Below, piece by piece: positions 38,602-48,794 of a stretch of 64,000 nt of DNA; the stretch's first letter is position 1; each line of letters starts with the position of its first letter. The stretch spans positions 286,728 through 350,727 of the forward strand of contig JBAZNV010000001.1 in NCBI GenBank assembly GCA_041649045.1, written 5' to 3'. The position numbers were made by a program, and so were the translations under genes. The notes below the pieces were generated by a model. That model worked only from the letters and a program-made list of their open reading frames with translations, was not told the origin of the DNA and did no database searches. The stretch comes from Candidatus Pacearchaeota archaeon. GTDB taxonomy: Archaea > Nanobdellota > Nanobdellia > Pacearchaeales > GW2011-AR1.

Positions 38602-40035
38602 ATGAGAAAACAAAATATAAAATTTGAATATTTGATTTTAACAATAATATTTATTTTCGCTTTTTTTCTGAGAACTTACGCATTGGGAACCCCACCGCTA
38701 TGGATTGATGAATCGATTTCTGCTGTCGCCAGTCTAAATATTTTAGAAAAAGGGCTTCCTATTTTTGATTCAAATTTGCTATACGATAGAGGATATTTTT
38801 TTCACTATTCTCAGTCTTTTTTCCTCCTTTTCGGACAAACAGATTTTTTTCTGAGATTCGTTTCGGTAATTTTCGGCATGCTCACAATTTTACTTGCTTA
38901 TTTAATAGGGAAAGAATATTCTAAATATGGAGGAATTATTTCTGCTTTATGTATGTCAATTTTCTATCTTGAAGTTTTTTATTCGAGACAGGCAAGATTT
39001 TATCAACTTTTTCAGCTCGCCTTTTTCGTTTCTTTGTATTTTCTTTACAAATCGAGAGAAAACCCCAAATGGCTTTATCTTTCTTTAATAACTTTATTCA
39101 TAACAATCGACAGCCAAATCGCGGGACTTGTGCTCTGCCCGTTTTTTATTGTTCATATTTTAATCTATAATCAAAAATGGCTTTCAATTATTCCATCAAT
39201 CCCCTTAATTAAATATTTTGTAACTTTAATCAATCTACCGTCTGGAACAAAACAAACTGCTATTAGCTATGCAAGCAAATATTTTTCTTTCACGTCCAAT
39301 ATGATTTATATGCTTATTCTCTTCGTTCCCGGAATTATTTGGGCTTTTATTAAAAAGAAAAGATTAACCTTCCTTATTGTCGCTCCATCAATAGTTCTCT
39401 TGATTAGCATTCTCAGCCTAAAAACTTTCGCCTTGAGATACGTTTATTTTTTCGCATTCCCTCTTGTTTTATATACTTCTCTTTTCTTTTCTTTTTTGTA
39501 TGAACGTTATGGAAAATACGTGCTTATCGCAATTGTTTTCGTTTTAATTTTTCCATCAAATTTAATTTTCCCTCACACCGGCATCAATATAATAAAACCA
39601 ATAGACTATAATTTTTATGATTACACTGCCCCGGAAATAAATTTGAAAAACATCCAACCGACGCTTAAAATTGACATAGAAAAAAACATTTTAATAAGTT
39701 ATTTTTCATCGGGGGTTGAATGGTATATAAAAAAACCCGATTTTGTTCTACCATTTTCAATGGATGGCCGCGGAAGTGACCAAATCTCGTATAATAATTC
39801 CGACGGAAATACCGTAGATATTTACAGTGGCTCTCCCATCCTTCAAAGCAGGCCTCTTGAGTCATATTATTTGATCGCTGATATTTTTTCTACAAGTAAA
39901 TTAAGACCAAGTCAAAGAGAAATGCTAAATCTTTTAATAAAAAATTGTTCAATATCTTATGAAAATCAAGACCTAAAAATATACAACTGTAGTAAAAAAT
40001 ATAATCATTCAACAACAATAAAGTTTTTAAACTAA
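38602..40035 (+). CDS. GT-C fold membrane glycosyltransferase (ArnT/PMT family 39-like)
   Basis: About 12 TM segments. N-terminal PLWIDESIS motif resembles the DE loop of ArnT/PMT_2 glycosyltransferases. Confidence 0.5.
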   Translation: MRKQNIKFEYLILTIIFIFAFFLRTYALGTPPLWIDESISAVASLNILEKGLPIFDSNLLYDRGYFFHYSQSFFLLFGQTDFFLRFVSVIFGMLTILLAYLIGKEYSKYGGIISALCMSIFYLEVFYSRQARFYQLFQLAFFVSLYFLYKSRENPKWLYLSLITLFITIDSQIAGLVLCPFFIVHILIYNQKWLSIIPSIPLIKYFVTLINLPSGTKQTAISYASKYFSFTSNMIYMLILFVPGIIWAFIKKKRLTFLIVAPSIVLLISILSLKTFALRYVYFFAFPLVLYTSLFFSFLYERYGKYVLIAIVFVLIFPSNLIFPHTGINIIKPIDYNFYDYTAPEINLKNIQPTLKIDIEKNILISYFSSGVEWYIKKPDFVLPFSMDGRGSDQISYNNSDGNTVDIYSGSPILQSRPLESYYLIADIFSTSKLRPSQREMLNLLIKNCSISYENQDLKIYNCSKKYNHSTTIKFLN

Positions 40036-40052
40036 TTAGTTCATAAATTGAC

Positions 40053-40481
40053 ATGAAAAAAGTTTTAATCGTACCAATTCTGGCTTTACTTATTTTGCCT
40101 GGTTTTGTTCTTGCAGAGCTTGACGACAAACCAACGGTTGTCAGTGGAATAATTTATAATCAAGATAACACTGGGGTTGTCTCTGGGGCAACTATATACA
40201 TTACCTGCAATTCTGTTACTCGTTCAGCAATTAGTGACTCTGATGGTGCGTACGCCGTAGTATTTGCAACTTCTGATAATTGTGATGATGGTGATAATGT
40301 TATAGTAACTGCCTTAAAAGATGATTTATCGGGTACAGATAATGGTAGAGTACACGATTTCGGACTTGTTGTAAATGTTGCTGTTGTTGATGTTTTTATG
40401 ACACCGGAATTTGGGCTTGTTATGGGTTTGCTTACGTTAGTAGGTGCAGTTGGAATTTTCTTTGTGGTTAAAAGAAATTAA
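40053..40481 (+). CDS. secreted protein with PEF-CTERM-type sorting signal
   Basis: Signal peptide. C-terminus TPEFGLVMGLLTLVGAVGIFFVVKRN, i.e. PEF tripeptide, then TM, then a basic tail (archaeosortase-type signal). Confidence 0.5.
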   Translation: MKKVLIVPILALLILPGFVLAELDDKPTVVSGIIYNQDNTGVVSGATIYITCNSVTRSAISDSDGAYAVVFATSDNCDDGDNVIVTALKDDLSGTDNGRVHDFGLVVNVAVVDVFMTPEFGLVMGLLTLVGAVGIFFVVKRN

Positions 40482-40530
40482 TTTTGTTTAATTCAATAAC
40501 ATTTTTATATCCTTTCTATTTATTTATTTT

Positions 40531-41910
40531 ATGGCAGAAAAATCATACCCAATAAAAATAGGACTGGAAATTCACGGTTATCTTAATACTGCTGAAAAAC
40601 TTTTTTGTAAATGCGCCGTAAGTGAAGATGGCTCGCCGAACACACATATCTGCCCAATCTGTATCGGGCAACCCGGTTCAAAACCCATGGCTCCAAATCA
40701 ATCAGCTGTTGAAAAATTAATTCAGATAGCTTCAATTCTTGATTCCAAGATAAATGGAAAATTAATGTGGCAAAGAAAACATTATAATTGGGCAGACTTG
40801 CCAAAAGGATATCAAAATACAATTTCGGGATCTCACGTGACTCCTTGCGCCATTGGGGGCAGTTTTAAGGGAATAAAAATAACTGAAAGTCATCTCGAAG
40901 AGGATCCTGCACAATGGAATCCAGAAACCGGTGGAATAAATTACAACCGAAGCGGGCTGCCTCTTATTGAAATTGTAACGGAACCAGAATTTTTTTCGGC
41001 AGAACAAGTTACTCAATGGCTGAAAGAATTAATTTTATCATTGTCTTACATTAAAGCGATTCGAAAAAATGCCGGAATCAAAGTCGACGTGAATGTCTCA
41101 ACTTATGGCGAAAGAGTAGAAATGAAAAACCTGAATTCTTTAGAAAAAATAAGAAAAGCCATAGAGTATGAAGTAGAAAGGCAGATAGAAAACTATTCGC
41201 AGGGAATTATCCAAAAAAGGGAAACCTTGGCATTTGACGAGAAACTTGGGAAAACAATTAAAATGAGAGAAAAAGAAGGTGCCGCAGATTATCGTTTTAT
41301 TCCAGATCCAGATTTACCTATTTTGAAAATTGATAAAAAATTAGTGAATAGGATAAAAAGAGAACTACCTGAAATGCCTGAAGAGAAACTCGAAAAACTT
41401 CTTTCGAAATTTAAAATTGAGAAGAAAGACGCAGAAATTCTTACTAAAAACTTAGAACTTGTCGAATTTTTTGAAGAACTTGCGGAAGAAGGAATTGATG
41501 TAAAAAAGAATTTATCTTGGATAACAATTGAATTACTCCGAGTTTTAAATTACAATAAAAAAACCTTGGAAGATGAAGATGTTGAAATAAAATCAAAACA
41601 TGTTGCCGAGTTGATAAGAATGGTAAGTGAAGGAAAAATAACGGTTCTCAAGGGAAAGCAAATAATGAACGATTTTGTCCCGAAAAGTTTTTCTATAAGC
41701 GAGAAAGGCGATGTTGAAAAAATTGCCGACGATGCTATCGAAAATTTATGCAAACAGGTAATCGATGAAAATCAAAACGTTGTTGACGAATATAAATCAG
41801 GCAAAGAAGCAAGTTTGAATTTCTTGATTGGACAGGTTATGCGACTTTCAGAAAGACGAGCTGATTTTAGGACGACGAAGGAAAAATTAGTAGGGCTGAT
41901 AGGGAAATAA
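40531..41910 (+). CDS. gatB: Asp/Glu-tRNA amidotransferase subunit B
   Basis: N-terminal IKIGLEIHGYLNT...CKCA...CPICIGQPGSKP matches GatB/GatE. 459 aa fits GatB. Confidence 0.8.
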   Translation: MAEKSYPIKIGLEIHGYLNTAEKLFCKCAVSEDGSPNTHICPICIGQPGSKPMAPNQSAVEKLIQIASILDSKINGKLMWQRKHYNWADLPKGYQNTISGSHVTPCAIGGSFKGIKITESHLEEDPAQWNPETGGINYNRSGLPLIEIVTEPEFFSAEQVTQWLKELILSLSYIKAIRKNAGIKVDVNVSTYGERVEMKNLNSLEKIRKAIEYEVERQIENYSQGIIQKRETLAFDEKLGKTIKMREKEGAADYRFIPDPDLPILKIDKKLVNRIKRELPEMPEEKLEKLLSKFKIEKKDAEILTKNLELVEFFEELAEEGIDVKKNLSWITIELLRVLNYNKKTLEDEDVEIKSKHVAELIRMVSEGKITVLKGKQIMNDFVPKSFSISEKGDVEKIADDAIENLCKQVIDENQNVVDEYKSGKEASLNFLIGQVMRLSERRADFRTTKEKLVGLIGK

Positions 41911-41974
41911 GCCCGATGTCATATATTTTTTACAAAAACGAAAAGTTTAAATAGTAATATATTTTTTACATTGT

Positions 41975-42355
41975 ATGGAATACAGAAAATTCATGATTTA
42001 TCGCGTATTGATTGTTGTTATTCTGGCAATGATAGTTTCGACTTTTGTTTCTATAGGAAATTATATTATTCCTCTGGTTGTTTTTATCTTGGCAATAATT
42101 ACTATGTTTACACTCAAGAAAAAAATTATTGAAAAATTAACCGATGAAAGAATTGACAAAATTGCCGGGAAGGCGTCAAGAATAACGATGACTGTTTCGG
42201 TGTTAGCAATGGTACTTATTGGGATAGTTTTGATTGCGTTACGAGAAAGTTATCCGGAGTATTTAATTGTCGGAAATGTACTTGCTTATTTTGCTTGTGG
42301 CATACTTATTTTTTATTCAATTTTATTTAAGATTTTTTTAAAGATGAAAATATGA
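41975..42355 (+). CDS. small membrane protein
   Basis: Four hydrophobic segments. Stop overlaps the start of the XRE regulator. Confidence 0.4.
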   Translation: MEYRKFMIYRVLIVVILAMIVSTFVSIGNYIIPLVVFILAIITMFTLKKKIIEKLTDERIDKIAGKASRITMTVSVLAMVLIGIVLIALRESYPEYLIVGNVLAYFACGILIFYSILFKIFLKMKI

Positions 42356-42546
42356 AAACAAAAATTAAAGAGTTAAGAAAAAAACTCGGGATTACTCAGG
42401 AAGATTTGGCGAATGTCGTTGAAGTTACGAGGCAGACGATAATTTCACTTGAAGCAGGAAAATACAACCCATCGCTTGAACTTGCATTTAAAATAACAAA
42501 AGCCTTAAAGAAAAAAAGAGTTGAAGAAGTGTTTGAGATGAGTTAA
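42352..42546 (+). CDS. XRE-family helix-turn-helix transcriptional regulator
   Basis: [35 protein letters not shown], a Cro/C1-type HTH. Confidence 0.7.
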   Translation: MKTKIKELRKKLGITQEDLANVVEVTRQTIISLEAGKYNPSLELAFKITKALKKKRVEEVFEMS

Positions 42547-42875
42547 TGGAAAAGAATAAAGTCAACCAAACTTTCTATAATTGCGGGTCTTGTTTCTCTT
42601 ACTGCTTCTTGATAAACCTTGCCATCATACTCAATTCTATAAGTTTCAACTGAAGTCCAATCAAAATCCTTAGAGCCATCGTGTTTTTTAGCTCGGTTTA
42701 TATCTTTATTATTTACCAAGAAATCTTTCCCGAACAGCTGTTGTCTAGAATATTTTTTATCTGGCCCAATTTCATTCACTGAAATTTTATTCACATCTTC
42801 TGATTTTCGTTTCCCAGTTACATATCCTGTTTTCATATGATATTCTGGTATTGTGGGTTTTACTTTCTTGCTCAT
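42543..42875 (-). CDS. hypothetical protein
   Basis: 110-aa ORF. Confidence 0.3.
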   Translation of the reverse strand: MSKKVKPTIPEYHMKTGYVTGKRKSEDVNKISVNEIGPDKKYSRQQLFGKDFLVNNKDINRAKKHDGSKDFDWTSVETYRIEYDGKVYQEAVRETRPAIIESLVDFILFH

Positions 42876-42938
42876 TGTAATTTAGGAAAATATAATTTTT
42901 AATATATATCTTACGATGGTTATTCTTTAATATCTAAA

Positions 42939-43400
42939 TTAAATGCCACCTCTCCCCGTTCTGGCTTGAGTCCATGGCTTATTGGTTTTTTGTTTAACAG
43001 TTTGTTCTAATTGTGAAAATTGATTCCTTTCTTTTATTTCTTCTTTTGTTTTTTTATACAATTCATAACCTGCAGAGGCAAGGTTGGTTGTGACAGGAAT
43101 TAATAATGATTCGGGATGATCATGAGTTATTAGATATGAGTATAAATATATTTCTCCAAAAGTAGTAAGAACTCCTGCAATAAATCCAAAAGAATAACCA
43201 AAAAGCATTTCGTCGCTTGGAACTTTTTCGACTCTTTTTATTTTTTCGATACATTCTTTAACTACTCTTCTTGTTGTAGGCGTGACGTATGGCGCTAAAA
43301 ATAATCCGACTTCCGCTTTACAAAATCCATTTAAAAAAGCTCCAGTTTGGCGACCCATTTCGTTCACTATTGCTCTATAATTATTATTATTTTCTGCCAT
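42939..43400 (-). CDS. hypothetical protein
   Basis: 153-aa ORF with a central hydrophobic segment. Confidence 0.3.
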   Translation of the reverse strand: MAENNNNYRAIVNEMGRQTGAFLNGFCKAEVGLFLAPYVTPTTRRVVKECIEKIKRVEKVPSDEMLFGYSFGFIAGVLTTFGEIYLYSYLITHDHPESLLIPVTTNLASAGYELYKKTKEEIKERNQFSQLEQTVKQKTNKPWTQARTGRGGI

Positions 43401-43523
43401 AATTTTTCATTCTTTTGTTCTTTAAAAACTTTATCTTCAAAAGTTACTACTAATAATTGATATTTTCGCCTTTTTTCTTATATAAAAATAAAAAAATTAA
43501 ATTAATATTCTGCTTAACAGAAT

Positions 43524-43871
43524 TTAGTATCTGCCTCGACCGCCACCAAATCCGCCGCCTCTGTTACCGCCACCAAATCCGCCTCGGTTTCCACCGAAAC
43601 TTCGTCTTGGTCTGTCGTCACTCGAACGAGCTTCCATTGGTTTTGCTTCAGAAACTTTAAGTTTTCGACCATCGACTTCTTTATCATTAAACTCTGAAAT
43701 AGCTTTTTGAGCTTCATTGTCATCTGAAATTGTTACGAAACCGAAACCTTTTGATCTGCCAGAAAATTTGTCTTTGATAAGACTAACTTCATCAACTGTA
43801 AATGAAGAAAACAAATCTTTCAATCCATTCTCATCAATACTCCAAGGCAAGTTACCTACGTATATCTTCAT
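43524..43871 (-). CDS. RRM-domain RNA-binding protein with RGG-rich C-terminal tail
   Basis: RNP2 IYVGNL and RNP1 KGFGFVT motifs. C-terminal GGNRGGFGGGNRGGGFGGGRGRY. Confidence 0.7.
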   Translation of the reverse strand: MKIYVGNLPWSIDENGLKDLFSSFTVDEVSLIKDKFSGRSKGFGFVTISDDNEAQKAISEFNDKEVDGRKLKVSEAKPMEARSSDDRPRRSFGGNRGGFGGGNRGGGFGGGRGRY

Positions 43872-44010
43872 TTTTCCTCCTGAACCTTTAGCTAAGAATA
43901 CCAGTAATTTTGGGTATTTAAGGCTAATGGTAATTGGTTCTGCAAATTATACAAAATACGAAACAAATCAAATAACAAACACTTTTAAACAATAATTTCT
44001 TTTCTAAAAG

Positions 44011-44775
44011 ATGAAAAAGAGGGGTCCCATTATAGCTTTAGCACAAATAAAATACTATGAGAAATCAAATAACAACCTGGCAAAGATAAAAAAATATATT
44101 CGACTGGCCAAGAAAAAAAACGCCGACATAATTTGCTTTCCTGAATCATGTGTTCATAAAAACGAGGTATTGCATTTTGGTCATCATTTAATTTTGGAAA
44201 TACGAGAAGAATGCAAAAAAAATTCCATTTGGGCAATTATCAGTGAAGATTTTATGGTCAAAGGAAAACATTACAACGCAGCAATCTTGATTGACAGAAA
44301 AGGGGAGATTGTTGGTTTTTATAAGAAAATTCATCTTTATGACGAAGAGGGATTATCATCCGGGAAAAGAATCGGCGTTTTTAAAACTGATTTTGCGAAA
44401 ATTGGGATTGCAATTTGTTGGGATTTAAAATTCGGGAAACTATTCAGAAGAATGCAAAAAAAAGGTGCACAAATTATTTTCTGCCCGGCACAATGGATGT
44501 ATGAACTTCACGCTCATCATGCAAGAAAATATTCTGAAAAACTCAAGAAAAAAGAAATAGAATTGCTAAAGTCGCTCATTTCTGCACGAGCTTTTGAAAA
44601 TTTAAATTTTGTAGGACTCTGCAATCCTGTCCTAGATTCAGAAGATCAGGTTTCTTACACGGCAATAGCATCTCCACACAAAATACTCAAAGAAATAACA
44701 AATAAAGAGGGGCTGATTGTTTCTGAAATAAATCTTGACGAAATAAAAAAATTAAAAAAACTCTATCCGAACTAA
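44011..44775 (+). CDS. carbon-nitrogen hydrolase (nitrilase superfamily)
   Basis: Catalytic E (FPE), K, and C (IAICWD) triad pattern. Confidence 0.65.
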   Translation: MKKRGPIIALAQIKYYEKSNNNLAKIKKYIRLAKKKNADIICFPESCVHKNEVLHFGHHLILEIREECKKNSIWAIISEDFMVKGKHYNAAILIDRKGEIVGFYKKIHLYDEEGLSSGKRIGVFKTDFAKIGIAICWDLKFGKLFRRMQKKGAQIIFCPAQWMYELHAHHARKYSEKLKKKEIELLKSLISARAFENLNFVGLCNPVLDSEDQVSYTAIASPHKILKEITNKEGLIVSEINLDEIKKLKKLYPN

Positions 44776-44776
44776 A

Positions 44777-45670
44777 TTATCTCATGGATATTTTTGGAAA
44801 AACTTCCTGAGGTTTTTTATGAGACTTTTTTATTTCTTTTTTCAAAAAATCTAAGATTTTCCCGATCAACTTTTCTCTTTCATTTTCAAAAAAATCCAGT
44901 CCCGGCTGAGAATTTATTTCTAACACTACCCATTCATCTCCTTTTTTAAGCAAATCGATTCCGCAAATTTTTATTTTTGAAATTTCATGAATTTTTTTTA
45001 GAATTTTTTTTAATTTTTTATCAACTTTAAATTTTTTAAAATTTTTTTCATAAACTCCAGTTGATTTCCATCCGTTATTTTTTTTAATTACCGTCTGGAC
45101 AACCTTACCGTCGATTAAAGTAACCCTGTAACTTGGCGAACGAATTAATTCCTGGGCTATTATTGGCAATTTTTCTTTTCCATTTTCCCAAAATCTTATT
45201 ATAATTTTTTCTGCCTCGTTGACATTTTCTGCTTTTTCAACATATTCTCCGCAACTTCCTTCAATCCTTTTAATAACTAATGGCCAGCAGTCCATTTCTT
45301 TTAATTCTTTTTTCGCTACACTTAAATTTTCAGACAAAAGAATTGTTTTCGGAACAGGTATTTTATTTTTTTCGCATTGTACAAAAAAAAGCCATTTGTC
45401 CTCTTCAAAATAAAAATTTCTCGGATCATCTATGACTTTTCCTCCGAGAGCATCAATTGTCTTGGCAATCTCAAGAGAAAATTGTTCCGCACTATTATTT
45501 AAAAAAATATCACACTGCTCGATTTTTTCTTGAAGAGAGTTCTCTCCCAAATCCTTGGAAGTATTGATCATTAATAACTTTATTTTCTTTTTTTTTGCAA
45601 CCTTCTGAAAAATTAACTCATCTTTTCTCAAATATGGCTCATTAAAAATATAGCCTATCACCTCATTCAT
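44777..45670 (-). CDS. ATP-grasp ligase (RimK/LysX-like)
   Basis: C-terminal ATP-grasp signature (GDEWVVLEINSQPGL). Confidence 0.55.
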   Translation of the reverse strand: MNEVIGYIFNEPYLRKDELIFQKVAKKKKIKLLMINTSKDLGENSLQEKIEQCDIFLNNSAEQFSLEIAKTIDALGGKVIDDPRNFYFEEDKWLFFVQCEKNKIPVPKTILLSENLSVAKKELKEMDCWPLVIKRIEGSCGEYVEKAENVNEAEKIIIRFWENGKEKLPIIAQELIRSPSYRVTLIDGKVVQTVIKKNNGWKSTGVYEKNFKKFKVDKKLKKILKKIHEISKIKICGIDLLKKGDEWVVLEINSQPGLDFFENEREKLIGKILDFLKKEIKKSHKKPQEVFPKISMR

Positions 45671-45743
45671 ATAATTGCAGACTTTTTTGATATATAAACA
45701 TTTTTAAAATTTTTTTCACAATAATTCATAGAATTTAAATGAT

Positions 45744-48700
45744 TTACTCCCAATAAATTCCTGCTTTTCCCGGCTTGGCTCTTTTTGAATGATTTTCAGG
45801 GTCGTGTTTTTCTGAATCATTTACTGCGTATACCTTGACATTTTTTCCAAGCTCTTTTGAAATTTTTTTTGCGTCCACTTGAGCTATTTCGAATGGCATT
45901 ATGTAAACAAAAACCTCCCTTGGGGTTTCATTCGTTTTTCCAAGCTGATACCTTATATCTTCAATTATTTTTTTATTTAAATCTTCTTTGGATTCTTTTT
46001 GTTTAATTTTTATTTCAGCTGGTTTTGGCCATTCGCTATTTGAAATGAAATTTTTATTTCCGAGTTTTGACCAAAGTTCTTCGGTGATGTGAGGGCAGAT
46101 TGGATTTAGAATTTCTAAAAACTTCTCAAGCGAATCTTTAGATGCCCCATTCTTCTCAATCAAATCAAAAAGCTCGCGGATTTCTATTGTCGCTTTTCTG
46201 TATTCAAAATTTTCATAGTATATCGTTATGTTTTTTATTGTTTTGTTTAATTTTATTTTTAATTCATTTGAATCTTCTATGAATTTTAAATTTTCAAAAT
46301 AACCGAACAATCTTTTTACAAATCTCATACTTCCATTAATACCATTTTCATCCCAGTCTATATCTTTATCAGGCGAAGCAAGTCCTGACATGAAAAACCT
46401 CGCAGTATCAATACCATATTTGTCAGAAACAACTTCGGGCAACACGACATTTCCCTTAGATTTTGACATTTTTTCTCCGCCTTCTGCTCTTAACATTCCC
46501 TGATGGAAAAGTCTTTTCGCGGGTTCTCTGAAATCTATCAATCCCAAATCAGCGAGGAATTTTGTATAAAATCTTACATAAATTAAATGCATGCAAGCGT
46601 GTTCCGCGCCGCCGATGTAAGTATCAATTGGACACCAGTATTTTACTTTGTCGCTGTCAAATATTTTTTTATTATTTTTCGGGTCGCAATATCTCATAAA
46701 ATACCACGACGAATTTACGAAGGTATCCATCGTATCAGTCTCTCTCTTTGCATCGCCGCCACATTTAGGACATTTTGCATTTACCCATTTTTCATTTGTT
46801 TCAAGCGGGTTTCCTTTGCCGAATTTTACATCTTTTGGAAGTTCAATTGGCAAATCTTTTTCTGGGACAGGAACGACACCACACTTTTCGCAATGAATAA
46901 CAGGAATCGGAGTTCCCCAATATCTCTGACGAGAAATAAGCCAATCACGAAGACGGAAATTCACAACTTTTCGGGCAACACCTTTGGAAATAAGCCAATC
47001 AGGAATTTTTACTAAGGCTTCTTCGGTTGGTATACCATTAAAAGAAATTTCATTAGTTTCGCTATCGACTAACTCTCCTGCACCAGTATAGGCTTCTTTT
47101 TTATTGTAAATTTGGTCCGCGACTAATTCATCTTTTGGGGCAGGTGGTGCAATCACCTGATTTATAGGTATACCATACTTTTTAGCAAACTCGAAATCTC
47201 TCTGATCGTGAGCAGGAACCGCCATGACCATTCCACTACCATAATCTGCTACAACAAAATTTCCTGCATAGACCGGAACCTTCTCTCCCGTCGCTGGATT
47301 GATCGCATACGAACCTGTAAAAACGCCTTCCTTATCCAAATCCTCAACTTCTTTCATCGTCTTCTGCGAAACGCCGCCAATCTTTTTCAAAAAAGCATCA
47401 ACATCTTTCTTCTGTTCTTTTGTCACAAGTTCGTTTAATCTTGTATGCTGCGCCGACACAACCACAAAAGTCACACCAAAAATCGTGTCCGGTCTTGTCG
47501 TAAAGATCGACCAAGGTTTTTTCGACAAACAAGCTTGTAAAATTTCGGGTTCTTCAATCGAATTAAAATGAGGAGATTTTGCAATAGTTGTAATAAGCTT
47601 TGCAGAAAGTTTATCGGCGATCTCTCTTCCCATTTCAACTCTTAGAAGGTGATCTTTTTCGTCTATCAAAACTATAATTTCCTCTGCATGTTTTTTAACT
47701 TCTTCAAAATTAAATTTCCAATCACAACAGTTATCAATTGCAGGTCTACTTTTTCCATCTTTTGCTTTGCTCATAGAAGGAGTTGCAACTAAGATTAATT
47801 TCTTTATTTTCGTTTTTAGTTTAGACAATAATTTAAGGGCAAGGACTCCGCCTAAAGAGTGAGTTACTATTATGGATCTTTCATTAAAGTTATATTTTTT
47901 TATAACAAATTCAACTTGTTCTTCAATATTCGGTTCAGAAGGATTGGGAAGATCAGGTGCAAAGCAAACCTTACCTCCGTTTTCTTCTATTTTTTTTGTA
48001 AGCCATGGCCAAAAAACACTTTTTGAGTTATCCTTATATGCATGAAAAAAAACAAATTCTGAATTTTTTATCTCTTCAGGGTTAACAATTTCAAACTCAA
48101 TTTCCGTTCCGTGACTTTTTCCAATCCAGTTTTTTTGCATAGCTTTCGTTCGTGCGGGCCAGTTCAAATTATCAATTTCTTCGTAAAGCTCGTCGGCGTA
48201 ATCTGTGATTTTCAAATACCACTGTTTGAGGTGTTTTATTTCAACGTCTGTCTTGTCGTGAATCCAGCATTTCCCATTAACGACTTGTTCATTGGCGAGC
48301 ACGCTTTCGCATTTTGGACACCAATTTACAGCCGAAGTTTTTTGATAAGCCAAACCCTTTTCAAACATTTTCAAAAAAATCCACTGGTCCCATCTATAAA
48401 AAAATGGATCCGCTGAAGAAAGTGTTCTGGACCAATCATAAGAAAGTCCGATTGCCTTTTGTTGTTTAACGAAATTAGTGATTGATTTGTCGGTATAATC
48501 TTTTGGATGAATACCAACCTTTATTGCCGCATTTTCTGCCGGCAGACCCAATGCGTCATATCCCATCGGATGAAGAACGTTGTAGCCGTTCATGATTTTG
48601 AATCTTGCGATAATGTCGCCAATCGTATAATTCCATGCGTGCCCCATGTGAAGCCCGGACCCCGACGGATAAGGGAACATCTCAAGAACGTAATATTTCG

Positions 48701-48794
48701 GTTTCTTACTTTTTTCGCTTACCTCAAAAATTTTCTCTCTTTCCCATGCATCCTGCCATTTCTTTTCGATCTCTTTGAAGTTTATTTCGGTCAT
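45744..48794 (-). CDS. leuS: leucyl-tRNA synthetase, bacterial type, with an inserted alpha/beta serine-hydrolase domain
   Basis: HMGH (PYPSGSGLHMGHAWNYTIGD), KMSKS (KMSKSKGN), and CP1 editing domain (TTRPDTIFG). 1016 aa, about 180 aa longer than typical. Confidence 0.9.
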   Translation of the reverse strand: MTEINFKEIEKKWQDAWEREKIFEVSEKSKKPKYYVLEMFPYPSGSGLHMGHAWNYTIGDIIARFKIMNGYNVLHPMGYDALGLPAENAAIKVGIHPKDYTDKSITNFVKQQKAIGLSYDWSRTLSSADPFFYRWDQWIFLKMFEKGLAYQKTSAVNWCPKCESVLANEQVVNGKCWIHDKTDVEIKHLKQWYLKITDYADELYEEIDNLNWPARTKAMQKNWIGKSHGTEIEFEIVNPEEIKNSEFVFFHAYKDNSKSVFWPWLTKKIEENGGKVCFAPDLPNPSEPNIEEQVEFVIKKYNFNERSIIVTHSLGGVLALKLLSKLKTKIKKLILVATPSMSKAKDGKSRPAIDNCCDWKFNFEEVKKHAEEIIVLIDEKDHLLRVEMGREIADKLSAKLITTIAKSPHFNSIEEPEILQACLSKKPWSIFTTRPDTIFGVTFVVVSAQHTRLNELVTKEQKKDVDAFLKKIGGVSQKTMKEVEDLDKEGVFTGSYAINPATGEKVPVYAGNFVVADYGSGMVMAVPAHDQRDFEFAKKYGIPINQVIAPPAPKDELVADQIYNKKEAYTGAGELVDSETNEISFNGIPTEEALVKIPDWLISKGVARKVVNFRLRDWLISRQRYWGTPIPVIHCEKCGVVPVPEKDLPIELPKDVKFGKGNPLETNEKWVNAKCPKCGGDAKRETDTMDTFVNSSWYFMRYCDPKNNKKIFDSDKVKYWCPIDTYIGGAEHACMHLIYVRFYTKFLADLGLIDFREPAKRLFHQGMLRAEGGEKMSKSKGNVVLPEVVSDKYGIDTARFFMSGLASPDKDIDWDENGINGSMRFVKRLFGYFENLKFIEDSNELKIKLNKTIKNITIYYENFEYRKATIEIRELFDLIEKNGASKDSLEKFLEILNPICPHITEELWSKLGNKNFISNSEWPKPAEIKIKQKESKEDLNKKIIEDIRYQLGKTNETPREVFVYIMPFEIAQVDAKKISKELGKNVKVYAVNDSEKHDPENHSKRAKPGKAGIYWE

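Noticed and set aside
43457-43723. ORFs 43457..43660 (plus) and 43514..43723 (minus) at the RRM gene 3' end
   Set aside because: These are frame artefacts of the GGN/CGN repeat that encodes the RGG tail.
46587-47571. Several 75-140-aa plus-strand ORFs inside leuS
   Set aside because: They are antisense to a strongly conserved aaRS coding region with AT-rich low-complexity translations, so they are spurious.
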